Of a stretch of 64,000 nucleotides of DNA, positions 37,306 to 46,837 are shown one piece after another. A program made the translations under genes and the position numbers. The notes beneath the pieces were generated by a model. That model was not told the DNA's origin and did no database searches. It saw nothing but the letters and a program-made list of their open reading frames with translations. Origin of the DNA: a virus. Location of the stretch: IMG/VR virus record IMGVR_UViG_3300017774_003070, positions 1 through 64,000 of that record, one strand, 5' to 3'. How positions within the stretch are numbered: position 1 is the stretch's first letter; the number at the start of each line of letters is the position of its first letter.

Positions 37306-37516
37306 AAACATAGTCAATGAACGTCTGTATGGACTTCCTTGTACAACTTGTAAGATTAGTGAACACTTCATTAGTCTCTATCCTGATTGCAACAAGGTTT
37401 CATCTTGGGTAGAACCAATTTGTACAGAGGATACATTGACAGAAACACTTACTTGTACTAGTTCAATTGCTCCAGTTGCAGATGCTTCTTGTTCACCTAC
37501 AATAACGATACTTTAA
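37286..37516 (+). CDS. Small Cys-rich protein
   Basis: Six Cys in 76 aa; overlaps the previous gene. Confidence 0.55.
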   Translation: MIADVIENIVNERLYGLPCTTCKISEHFISLYPDCNKVSSWVEPICTEDTLTETLTCTSSIAPVADASCSPTITIL

Positions 37517-37564
37517 TCCTACTACATAGGACTTTATGAATTTCATAGATTCAATTAATAAAGC

Positions 37565-39424
37565 ATGATACGTTTACCTAAAACAATTGCATTCAACTTT
37601 CCTTCTGCTTCTTATGTAGACTGGACAATAACGAGTAGTACTACTTGTGTCACTCTGGATAAGACATCAGGACGATCTAATGTTGGAGTGTTCAATATAA
37701 CTGTAGATGCTCAATTTACAGATTCAGCTTGTATTAGCTCAACTGTACTTACAGCAAGAGGTGTAGATAATAATGGTTGTATTCAATCAACTGCTATTAC
37801 CTTCACTAATCCTTGCTCAAGTCTAGCAGCTACGATTAATCCTTCAGGTGATCTCAAGGTTACTGCTACTATAACTGGTGGTGTTGCTCCCTACACTCTC
37901 CAGTGGGATTATGATACAAGTAAGTTTACAGGTACAAATGGAGCTACTCTTACACTTACTCCAATTGATCCAAAGAATTTAGATATTGTAACTACTCCAG
38001 TATATTTTCAAGTAACAGACTCTAACGGGTGTTCTACAGTAGAAGCATATTCTGTCGAAATACCTCAAGTAAGCTTACAGAATAATTTTACAGCAGTAGC
38101 AACGTGCTATGAAGGTATAATTACATGGACAGTATACATTGAAAATGCTTATGCCTTTGATCAAACTTACGTTGAAGTATTAGATTCAGACATTACTGCT
38201 ACTTGGGAACCTAGTGGATTTATAAAATTTACTCAAAAAGATCCTGGTAAAGATTTTAGAAACGATCTTCAACTTAAGACTTTAGCTGGAAGGTTTACTC
38301 AGTTTGCTCAAGTAAGTGTATCAGTAAATTCTTGTACAGGACTTACTATTCCACCTATTCGTGTAGAGCAAAAGATTGGAGCATCAGGTGTAGGCAACAT
38401 AAAGGCTTACAAGCTGTCTGACGATGGGAACATTGATTATTCTACTTTCGAGTTTGTACCGTCGAGTGGTCAGTCTGTAGCTGGTGGAGTTCTTACTACT
38501 GCTATAGGTGTAGCTGAACTTTTACCAAGCAAGGAGATTGAGTACACAGTTGGTACAGTTGGATTTGATAGAGTAAGATTTAAAGCAGAAGATGTGAATG
38601 GTAATCCTACTGAGCACATTGACCTGTTTATTGATCCTTACAACTATCCGACTCCAACAGCAAGCAACTTTAGTCTGAATGGCTCTGTAGGCTCTCTCAC
38701 TGAAGACGCTCTTTCTGTACGATTCTCAACTAGTATCAGATCATTTGAGATTGTCACTGCCCCTACAAAGGGTTCATTGAGCTTTGATGGAACTACATTA
38801 AAATACTTGGCTATTTCTTCTGGAACTGATACACTTGTATTCAAAGGAGTAGGTTTGAATGACATTTCTTCTGCAAACGTTACAGTCACTTTCAATAACG
38901 TATCTTCTGGTACAGCAATAGCAGGGGCAGTGTGTACGAATGGAAACATCAACTTGACTAGCTTGCTTGTAGGTTACGATGCTGGTGGAACTTGGACTCA
39001 AACTTCTGGAACTACTGTCAGTTTAGTCGATCCAACGATTGTACCTTTCTCTGGTAAACCTTCTGGGTTCTATACCTTTAAATATACAGTTGGTTCTAGT
39101 TCTACAGATGTTACAGTTGAGCACAGAATATATACCATTGGCTCTCCAAGTAATACATTCTCTGGAAACTACATTCTCAACATTCCTGGATGTTCAGCAG
39201 ATATTACACTGGATAAACTGTCAGTGAAGGTGTACAGATTAGTTGGTGGAGTTCCTACAATTCCAGGTGATTACTACGAAACTAAACCAATGACTTCACT
39301 TGCAGCAGGCACAGCACAATGGGTTTATACACCTTCTTGTCCTGCTGGTCATAGAGCTGAGGTGTATGTAAATGGTATCTGTGGAGAGACGTTGTTGTAC
39401 ACAACTGGTACTTTTGCTTGCTAA
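37565..39424 (+). CDS. Ig-like repeat virion protein (SprB/PKD/Big-like domains)
   Basis: ITGGVAPYTLQW, VTDSNGC, VDNNGC, APTKGSL, GFYTFKYTV motifs; no signal peptide. Confidence 0.65.
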   Translation: MIRLPKTIAFNFPSASYVDWTITSSTTCVTLDKTSGRSNVGVFNITVDAQFTDSACISSTVLTARGVDNNGCIQSTAITFTNPCSSLAATINPSGDLKVTATITGGVAPYTLQWDYDTSKFTGTNGATLTLTPIDPKNLDIVTTPVYFQVTDSNGCSTVEAYSVEIPQVSLQNNFTAVATCYEGIITWTVYIENAYAFDQTYVEVLDSDITATWEPSGFIKFTQKDPGKDFRNDLQLKTLAGRFTQFAQVSVSVNSCTGLTIPPIRVEQKIGASGVGNIKAYKLSDDGNIDYSTFEFVPSSGQSVAGGVLTTAIGVAELLPSKEIEYTVGTVGFDRVRFKAEDVNGNPTEHIDLFIDPYNYPTPTASNFSLNGSVGSLTEDALSVRFSTSIRSFEIVTAPTKGSLSFDGTTLKYLAISSGTDTLVFKGVGLNDISSANVTVTFNNVSSGTAIAGAVCTNGNINLTSLLVGYDAGGTWTQTSGTTVSLVDPTIVPFSGKPSGFYTFKYTVGSSSTDVTVEHRIYTIGSPSNTFSGNYILNIPGCSADITLDKLSVKVYRLVGGVPTIPGDYYETKPMTSLAAGTAQWVYTPSCPAGHRAEVYVNGICGETLLYTTGTFAC

Positions 39425-39447
39425 ATTAAATAATAGTACTACCTTTG
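39418..39447 (+). promoter_or_regulatory. Bacteroidota sigma70-type promoter
   Basis: TTG(39418)-19 nt-TACCTTTG(39440-39447), 20 nt before ATG 39468. Confidence 0.65.
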
Positions 39448-39467
39448 TTGAAATTAACTTACAACAC

Positions 39468-40199
39468 ATGAGTAGTTTAAACTTTAAGAATGGGTACTAT
39501 CTAATACTAGGTTGTGCTCATTTTCCTTATCACAACGTTGATATGTTTGATCTCTTCTTGGAAGTACAATCTGACATTCAACCAGTGAAAACAATTCTCA
39601 ACGGAGATGCGATTGATTTAGCTTCACTCAGCGGTCATCAGAAAGGACAGAAAGTATTCTGCACTCTTGACGAAGAACTAGAGCAAACCAATAGAATGCT
39701 CAGTCAGATCAAAGGTGACGTAGAATTCACTTACGGAAACCATGAGATGAGATACAGTAAGTTCTTTCAAGACATTGAGACTGCTAAGGTTGGAGCTAAA
39801 TCACTAGCTGAAGAACTACGGTTAAAGTATCGTGGCTGGAAAGTGCAGGAAGATTGGAAAACTGCTAAAGTACAGATTGGTGAGTTCTCAGTAATTCATG
39901 GATTGTACTGTGGTCAGAATCCAGCTAAGAAGCATGTAACCAACATGAACGAATCTGTGATCTTCAACCACACACACTGCATTGATCATTACTACGAAAA
40001 TAAGTTCTCTGGTCACAATCTAGGTTGGGGAGGAAACAGTAAGCTACGAGCTTTCAATTATGTTGCAGACAGTCAGAAAGCACAGTGGAGAAACGGATTT
40101 GGTGTAATCTACTTGGACAATGGTACTGCTCACTTTCAACAAATAGAATTCAAGAATGGTAAATTCTTCTTCAATGGTAAGTTATACAGCGTCAAGTGA
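39468..40199 (+). CDS. Calcineurin-like metallophosphoesterase
   Basis: xAHFPYH, GDAID, GNHE, HG, HTH motifs; start moved to ATG 39468, downstream of the promoter. Confidence 0.8.
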   Translation: MSSLNFKNGYYLILGCAHFPYHNVDMFDLFLEVQSDIQPVKTILNGDAIDLASLSGHQKGQKVFCTLDEELEQTNRMLSQIKGDVEFTYGNHEMRYSKFFQDIETAKVGAKSLAEELRLKYRGWKVQEDWKTAKVQIGEFSVIHGLYCGQNPAKKHVTNMNESVIFNHTHCIDHYYENKFSGHNLGWGGNSKLRAFNYVADSQKAQWRNGFGVIYLDNGTAHFQQIEFKNGKFFFNGKLYSVK

Positions 40200-40200
40200 T

Positions 40201-40977
40201 ATGTTTAAACAGCTTGACAGATTCAGAGACATTAAGTTCATTGAGGAAACACATGAGTATTACCATCAGGTTCCTAATACTGACTACGTTGTTGCTCCTA
40301 TAAAGCAGTACAAGTTCAAGTCTGTAACTCAATGGGTTAAGAAGATCGTTCCTGAGTTCAATGAGGAGTACTGGTTGAAGTACAAGACACTACAAGAGAT
40401 GGGTTTGAAAGTACAAAAGCTTCCAGACAATCATCTTAGAGTTAATGGTGAAGTACAGCACTACACTGAGATTAAGATTGATACTTCTAAGTTGAAAAGT
40501 GACTGGTCGAATAAATCTAAGACTGCACTTAATAAAGGTACAAGTATTCACAGAGACTTTGAATTAGGCTTTCAAGGTAAGTACACTTCTGATTTAGTTT
40601 GGAACTATGTACAGAGTCGTAAAGAGCTTATTCCAATTAGATCTGAATACATTGTAGCTGATTACGAAAATAAGATTGCAGGACAGATGGATGGTCTGTT
40701 CCTTAACACTGATACAGGACTATTAGAAATACATGACTACAAGACAGATAAAGAGATCAAGTACAGCAACAGGTACGAATCATTCTTACCCCCACTTGAT
40801 TTCATGTCTAACTGTAACTTTAATAAGTACACTATTCAACTGAACATGTACAAGCATTGTATTGAGAAGTATACTGATTTAAAGATTGATAAGATGTATG
40901 TGCAACATGTACTTGATAAAGTTGAGTCAATTGAAATTCCTGATTGTCCTGATATTATAAAAATGCTACTACGATGA
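40201..40977 (+). CDS. PD-(D/E)XK nuclease (Cas4/RecB-like exonuclease)
   Basis: GTSIH, IAGQMD, IHDYKT, QLNMY motifs; start placed at the ATG after the preceding stop. Confidence 0.8.
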   Translation: MFKQLDRFRDIKFIEETHEYYHQVPNTDYVVAPIKQYKFKSVTQWVKKIVPEFNEEYWLKYKTLQEMGLKVQKLPDNHLRVNGEVQHYTEIKIDTSKLKSDWSNKSKTALNKGTSIHRDFELGFQGKYTSDLVWNYVQSRKELIPIRSEYIVADYENKIAGQMDGLFLNTDTGLLEIHDYKTDKEIKYSNRYESFLPPLDFMSNCNFNKYTIQLNMYKHCIEKYTDLKIDKMYVQHVLDKVESIEIPDCPDIIKMLLR

Positions 40978-41582
40978 AAATAGGGGAGTTGATCAGTACA
41001 CTACGACAACTGATTAAAGAGGTACAAGATGATTCTAAGTACACTGATTCATTCTTGTGGTCTATCATTAATACTTGTCGTAAAGAAAGAATAAACCAGC
41101 ACAATAAGACTAGATTCTGTATTGAACTAGAACGTGTAAAGCACCATGACTGTTCATGTGTAGCTGTAGGTTGCGATGTGCTGAAAACTAAGAGTAAGAT
41201 TCCTGTACCAGTTAAGATGACTATCTACGACTTAGGTGGTTCAACAGTAGGACACAGTTCTGATCAAGAATTGAAGTTTAGTGTGTATGATCCTATCAAG
41301 TCAAAGTCCATTAGATACAATACTCACAATCAATACCTCTACTTGTATGGTACACTCGATCGTAAGTATGTACAGCTAGAAGGTATCTGGGAGAATATTG
41401 TAGACTGGATTGACATACAGTACTGTGGATCAGATGTAGAGTGTATAGACATTTACGGACTAGAATCTGGAATCTCAGTACTTGATAGCAAAGATGTATA
41501 CACAGAATGTCTTCGTCTTCTTCAAATCTCTTTAACTAGACCTGATGACCACAACCCAGACAGAAACTCAGAAAGCCGTTAG
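40974..41582 (+). CDS. Tail ring/adaptor protein
   Basis: Synteny before the IHF-like, tubular and muzzle genes as in crAss-like phages. Confidence 0.55.
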   Translation: MKIGELISTLRQLIKEVQDDSKYTDSFLWSIINTCRKERINQHNKTRFCIELERVKHHDCSCVAVGCDVLKTKSKIPVPVKMTIYDLGGSTVGHSSDQELKFSVYDPIKSKSIRYNTHNQYLYLYGTLDRKYVQLEGIWENIVDWIDIQYCGSDVECIDIYGLESGISVLDSKDVYTECLRLLQISLTRPDDHNPDRNSESR

Positions 41583-42111
41583 TCTTGAAGAAGTTAATGC
41601 TGCTCAGTATCCTTCTACTAAGAAATGGTTTGATCAGAAGATTGGAGTCAGCAATAAAGAGTTCTACAAGTTTTATCTTGAGCGTTCTGAGTACAAGATG
41701 ACTAAGCAAGAGTGGATGCAGTTTATGAAAAGCTTCTCCACTAACTTCTTCAACTATCTCTGCTCTGGTGTTAATCATGTACTTCCATACAACATGGGAG
41801 AAATGAGAATGACTAAGATCAAAGTAAATGGTAAGCAGATCAACTGGAATGCGTCTAAGTTAAAGTTTGCTGAGTTACACGGTAGACCTTGGATTAAAGG
41901 TGATCCATTGAAAGATTGCTACGTTTATCATCCAGGAGCTACTAAAAAAGAAACCTTTCACCTTGATTGGGATGATCGTGTAGGTAAAGTAGCATACAAA
42001 AGGTATTGGAAGTTTCACATTTCCAGCAGATACCAATGGAAGCGAATACTTAAGATGTTTACTGAATATCCCTCAATGCTAAATAAACTACGAGATGCTA
42101 CCTATAGATAA
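41545..42111 (+). CDS. IHF/HU-like protein (crAss-like)
   Basis: Basic; LPYNMGEMRMTKIK...INW pattern typical of crAss IHF-like genes. Confidence 0.6.
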   Translation: MTTTQTETQKAVSLEEVNAAQYPSTKKWFDQKIGVSNKEFYKFYLERSEYKMTKQEWMQFMKSFSTNFFNYLCSGVNHVLPYNMGEMRMTKIKVNGKQINWNASKLKFAELHGRPWIKGDPLKDCYVYHPGATKKETFHLDWDDRVGKVAYKRYWKFHISSRYQWKRILKMFTEYPSMLNKLRDATYR

Positions 42112-43168
42112 TGTACTGAACTATATAAACAGAGCTGTCATTCGAGAGTTTGGTGACAATGATCAACTGAAGTCCTGGGCTATTCAAGCTTATAAGAAGT
42201 TGCACATTCCTGGTACTCAGACTGTCAAGGACTCAGAAGTGATGCAGGTGAGTAACCACAAGATTCAGCTACCAAGTAATGTGAAAGCAATCACTAAGCT
42301 TAAGTTGTACAAACAACCACTTACGGATCTTGCTTACTACCTTACTCGTGCTGATTACTTCTCAGGAGATAACTTGTTACAGAAAGAGCAGACTACCAAT
42401 TACGTTACATACTATAATCAGATAGGTGATAGTCTTCTCTGGACTGAAGGTATTCTTGATCCTACTACTATCCTTCTGTTTACCAATGGGAACTACGACG
42501 AAGAGTATACTGTCAATGGTAACTATATTACTGTAACCAATCACGTTGATGGTAATAACTATGTAGTTGTCAATACAGCAATAGTCTATACCAATCCAAC
42601 AAATGACACTAGAGCTTATCAAGCTGCGGTAGTTGGAGTGAATAACTTACTTACTGACATTCCTGAAACACACGAAATTAGATTGATCAATGGCAAGACT
42701 TCAAGGAATGCACTGTGTGAAACTTGTCCTCCTGCTGCTGTACGTAATGGTAATACATTAGAGTTCAGCTTTGAATCAGGTAGCGTCTTTATTGAATACA
42801 CTATTCCATTTGAATCTGTAGACGGTGACATTCTTATTCCTGAAGAACCTCAAATACTGTGGGAGTACATGGCTAAGTATGCGGAAGAACAGTACTTGAA
42901 TGAGCTGGCTATGGAAAGTCCTATGGGACAAGAAGGTTATTACAAGCAACGTATGCTGGTTCAAAAAGCAATGGACACTAAGATGACTAGAGTAGCACTG
43001 TATCAAGCTGCTAGAGATCAGACAACTCACATGAGTATTGATCTTGGTACTCACTACGAACTACAGTTTAGTAGAGCTAGAATAATGAAAGCTGCTGGTT
43101 ATCTGCACAGAACTTGGTCACACAGGTACGACAACTCTGATTACTTTAATAGGACTAGAAATCACTAA
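42095..43168 (+). CDS. Tail tubular/ring protein with inserted beta domain
   Basis: FSFESGSVFIEY...DGDILIP motif; precedes the muzzle gene. Confidence 0.6.
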   Translation: MLPIDNVLNYINRAVIREFGDNDQLKSWAIQAYKKLHIPGTQTVKDSEVMQVSNHKIQLPSNVKAITKLKLYKQPLTDLAYYLTRADYFSGDNLLQKEQTTNYVTYYNQIGDSLLWTEGILDPTTILLFTNGNYDEEYTVNGNYITVTNHVDGNNYVVVNTAIVYTNPTNDTRAYQAAVVGVNNLLTDIPETHEIRLINGKTSRNALCETCPPAAVRNGNTLEFSFESGSVFIEYTIPFESVDGDILIPEEPQILWEYMAKYAEEQYLNELAMESPMGQEGYYKQRMLVQKAMDTKMTRVALYQAARDQTTHMSIDLGTHYELQFSRARIMKAAGYLHRTWSHRYDNSDYFNRTRNH

Positions 43169-43171
43169 CCG

Positions 43172-46100
43172 ATGAAACCAATTAAACTAGTTCTTGACCC
43201 TTATCATACTGACGCTGAGAATGTAGCAACCTTTGTACTCAATGGTCAACTTGAGAACTTGACTGGGCAGCAGATGCATTACCAGAACGAAGTAGGAACT
43301 ACATACCTAGATAAAGTTACAGGTAAGATATGGGGAACTGTAAATATGGAACGTGGAGAGATATGTGTCTTTTCAGGTGATGGTGAGATTGGTGTACTGA
43401 CTAATGATGTCTATAAGAAGTTGTACGATAATTCCGAACTAACGTTTAATTCGTACATCAGAGGAGAATACAGACTGCTAAATGGTTGTGACAGAATAAT
43501 TTACTGGAACGATGGAACTAATCCTGATCGAGTAATTAACCTTGACAAGATTAGTCTCATACAGAGTATTGATGAATTACGTCAACAGTCACTTGTTCAA
43601 CAACCAGTAGTATCTAATCTACAGTTAGTCAACTCTGGTGGCATTCTCAAGTTAGGCGCATACTCATTTGCAGTACAACTACTGGACGAGAACTTGAATG
43701 TAGTATCGACCAGTGAAGTCAGTACTCAGATCAATACAGATGAACCAGGGTTTAATCTAGCTACTTTCATTGAAGGTTACTCAGCAGAAGAAGGTGGTAA
43801 GAATCCACTAGCTAAATCTATTCGAGTAACTATTGAGAATGTAGATACCAACTATCCATACCTGAGATTGTTTGCTATTGCTTCTGTAGAAACTGTAGGA
43901 ACTTCTGTGTATGAAGTAAGTAACTTGATACCTACTCAAAGCACTGTCAACTTCACTTTCACTGGAATCAATGGAACTACTCGTACAGACATAGAGAAGC
44001 TGCTGGTTGATCCAGTTATTTACGAGACCAGTCAAGCTATGCAAATTGTAGATAAACGTCTTGTAAAGGCTAATCTTACTTCTAAGTTCTACGACTACTC
44101 TCCCCTACAACGATATGTCAATGACAATGTTACACTTAATTGGGCAGCGGAGGAAGTGACAGAAACTACTAGATCATTTCAGTCTGATGAAATCTATGCT
44201 TTTGGTATTCAATTTCAATATGCTGACTTTGCATGGAGTCCTGTCTTCCACATTCCCAATAGAGAACCTGACGCTGTAGATCTATTCCAGAGAACTTACA
44301 CAATTGATGAAGTAGGTACAGGTAATAGTCTTACTCAACCATCGTGGAAGATGTACAGTACTGCAAGGAACTTGACTTCTTCTACTGGACTCTTTGGTTA
44401 CTATCAAACTGATCAAGTCTATCCAAGTATCAAGGATTGCAATGATGAGCTAGTTTACGGTGATCTTGCTGGAAAGAATGTACGTTATCATAGATTCCCT
44501 TCTAAGGCACTTCTCAGTCCCTCTACACGTCTTGGAGTAAAGGTTAATGTAGGTACTCTTCCTACAGGTGCTATCGGCTACAGGCTTGTATTCACTCCTA
44601 GAGATGATTTCAATAGGACAGTAAACGAGTCTGGTGTAGCATTTACCAGAGATAGAATTAATGATGGAAATTATGAATACAATACTTACAGTAACAATCT
44701 TGTATCTAGTCCTTACCTAGCCTGCCTTACTCCAAAAGAATTATCTGGAGAAGGTGTTAGAGCTGACTATATAAGTAGAGTAAAAGGCATAAGTCTGGGT
44801 ACTCCAGAAGTTACTTCTAAAGTGTATGACATTAAAGACAGCAACAGATATGATTTAAAAGTGCAAGTCAATGACTATCCTATTAATTACGTTAATGTTG
44901 CTGAACGATACTTTAATGTAGAAGAGTCTTTTTACATAGATAGTAAAACAACTTTTGAGAATAACTTTAACAAGTCTGTCAACACTGATTCTCTTAATAT
45001 TCTCAAGTGTAATTATCAATCTACTGTAGGCAAGTTTAACTACATCCTTAAGAAGCAAAGAGTTAATCCTTATCAAGACCTCTTCAGCTTACGCTATAAG
45101 CTACTTAACTCTCTGGTACAATACAGTCAGTCAGCTACTTACTTTGAAGGTGATGTGTACAGCACAAGATTCAATCTTTTTAATTGCGAAGAAGTAACTG
45201 TAGGATCTACAGGAGGAAACAATAGTGATCTTGACATTCTCTTTAATCATCATTACTTTGACTTTTGGATAGAGTCAGAGATTAACTATAGTTTAAGAGT
45301 AAGTGGATTAGATCAAAGAGCTGTATATCAGTATGGTGAACTTGTAGATTATTGTACAGATAGAATTACAAACATTGAAGGTGGAGAAGCTGTATGGGAA
45401 GCACAAAGTACTGCAATAGGATTCTCTCCTTTCACTGCTTTTGTAATTGCATTTGTTCCTTTACTTGTACTTGAAGATGCAACATCAATTAAAAGAACTA
45501 GAGAACAAGCAAAAGACATAAGCATTCCTGATTACTACAACTTTAATGTGGACTATCAGTTAACGTACTTGAGTAAGTGGTTTACAGCACTACCTATCAC
45601 TTACAACTATTGTAACCGATGTGGTAATAAGTTTCCCAATAGAATCATCTGGTCTAATGTATCTTTCACAGAAGAATTAAGTGACAACTGGAGAGTGTAC
45701 TTGAGTGAGAACTTTACATCTGTAGGTACAAGCCCCATTACTGCACTACACTATGACAGAAACAGATTGATTGTAAGAAGCACTAAGACACTTCACTCTC
45801 TTACTCCTAATCCACAGCAAGTTAATTCTGATGCAGGTACAATCTATCTTGGTACTGGTGACTTCCTCAGTATCCCTCCTAGTCAAATGATTAATGTAGA
45901 CTATGGCTTTGGTGGAGGTTCTGGTAGAATGGATCATGTAAAGACTGAATATGGGTGGTGTACTGTAGATCAGCAGACTGGCCAAGTATTCCTCTTCTCA
46001 GATGGGTTCAAAGAGTTGACTGATTTAGATGTACAACAGTGGTTTAAAACGCGGCTACCCCTTGGCGCTTTAGGTGAGATACATTGTGGGTATGATCCAA

Positions 46101-46837
46101 GGTTTAAACGACTGATGATCTGGAAGAAAGACTATGAAAAGATTACTGATACAAGCTCTACAGATGTCGCAAATAAAGACAATTTTCGCGACAAAAGCTT
46201 TCTAATATCTTACTCGTTACAGTACCAGAATTGGATCAGTCTACACTCATGGAAGCCTACTACATTCTTTGCAGACTACAATGGACTTTACAGCACTGAC
46301 AATAATAAAATATACAGGCATGACTCTAATCAATATGGTAATTTCTATGGCACTATTCATCAGTGGGTTATTGAGTTTAAGGCATTCAGCTACGATAATA
46401 AAGACTTGGAAGTAATTGAGTACTACGCTAACTCTTACAAAGACAATGTATTACTCGATTACCCAACATTTAGTAAGTTCTGGGTGTACACTAATCAGCA
46501 GTCTACAGGTATCCAAAACTTGATTCCTAAACCACTTTACCCAAGTACTTGGGACAGTTCAACTAAGACTGTAGTGAAGTACAATAACTTGTACAGGATA
46601 GCTGCAATACGTGATTTAAGTACAAGTAATAACGTATTCTCAGAAGAATGGGGTATAGTTAAGAATGACTATTACACAGATAAGTTGCCAGTTAATATCA
46701 ATTATAAACTTAGTCAGTATGATCAAATTCCAATCAACGATACATACTTTTACGTCAGATTGTTTTTCAATAACTCTGATAATGTAAAGCTGATATTCGA
46801 TCTGTACGAGACTATCACTAGAACCAAAAATAGGTGA
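43172..46837 (+). CDS. Tail stabilisation/muzzle protein (P22 gp10-like)
   Basis: 1221 aa; IYWNDGTNPDRVINLD, DEIYAFGI, RIIWS, WISLHSW motifs typical of the crAss tail stabiliser. Confidence 0.75.
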   Translation: MKPIKLVLDPYHTDAENVATFVLNGQLENLTGQQMHYQNEVGTTYLDKVTGKIWGTVNMERGEICVFSGDGEIGVLTNDVYKKLYDNSELTFNSYIRGEYRLLNGCDRIIYWNDGTNPDRVINLDKISLIQSIDELRQQSLVQQPVVSNLQLVNSGGILKLGAYSFAVQLLDENLNVVSTSEVSTQINTDEPGFNLATFIEGYSAEEGGKNPLAKSIRVTIENVDTNYPYLRLFAIASVETVGTSVYEVSNLIPTQSTVNFTFTGINGTTRTDIEKLLVDPVIYETSQAMQIVDKRLVKANLTSKFYDYSPLQRYVNDNVTLNWAAEEVTETTRSFQSDEIYAFGIQFQYADFAWSPVFHIPNREPDAVDLFQRTYTIDEVGTGNSLTQPSWKMYSTARNLTSSTGLFGYYQTDQVYPSIKDCNDELVYGDLAGKNVRYHRFPSKALLSPSTRLGVKVNVGTLPTGAIGYRLVFTPRDDFNRTVNESGVAFTRDRINDGNYEYNTYSNNLVSSPYLACLTPKELSGEGVRADYISRVKGISLGTPEVTSKVYDIKDSNRYDLKVQVNDYPINYVNVAERYFNVEESFYIDSKTTFENNFNKSVNTDSLNILKCNYQSTVGKFNYILKKQRVNPYQDLFSLRYKLLNSLVQYSQSATYFEGDVYSTRFNLFNCEEVTVGSTGGNNSDLDILFNHHYFDFWIESEINYSLRVSGLDQRAVYQYGELVDYCTDRITNIEGGEAVWEAQSTAIGFSPFTAFVIAFVPLLVLEDATSIKRTREQAKDISIPDYYNFNVDYQLTYLSKWFTALPITYNYCNRCGNKFPNRIIWSNVSFTEELSDNWRVYLSENFTSVGTSPITALHYDRNRLIVRSTKTLHSLTPNPQQVNSDAGTIYLGTGDFLSIPPSQMINVDYGFGGGSGRMDHVKTEYGWCTVDQQTGQVFLFSDGFKELTDLDVQQWFKTRLPLGALGEIHCGYDPRFKRLMIWKKDYEKITDTSSTDVANKDNFRDKSFLISYSLQYQNWISLHSWKPTTFFADYNGLYSTDNNKIYRHDSNQYGNFYGTIHQWVIEFKAFSYDNKDLEVIEYYANSYKDNVLLDYPTFSKFWVYTNQQSTGIQNLIPKPLYPSTWDSSTKTVVKYNNLYRIAAIRDLSTSNNVFSEEWGIVKNDYYTDKLPVNINYKLSQYDQIPINDTYFYVRLFFNNSDNVKLIFDLYETITRTKNR

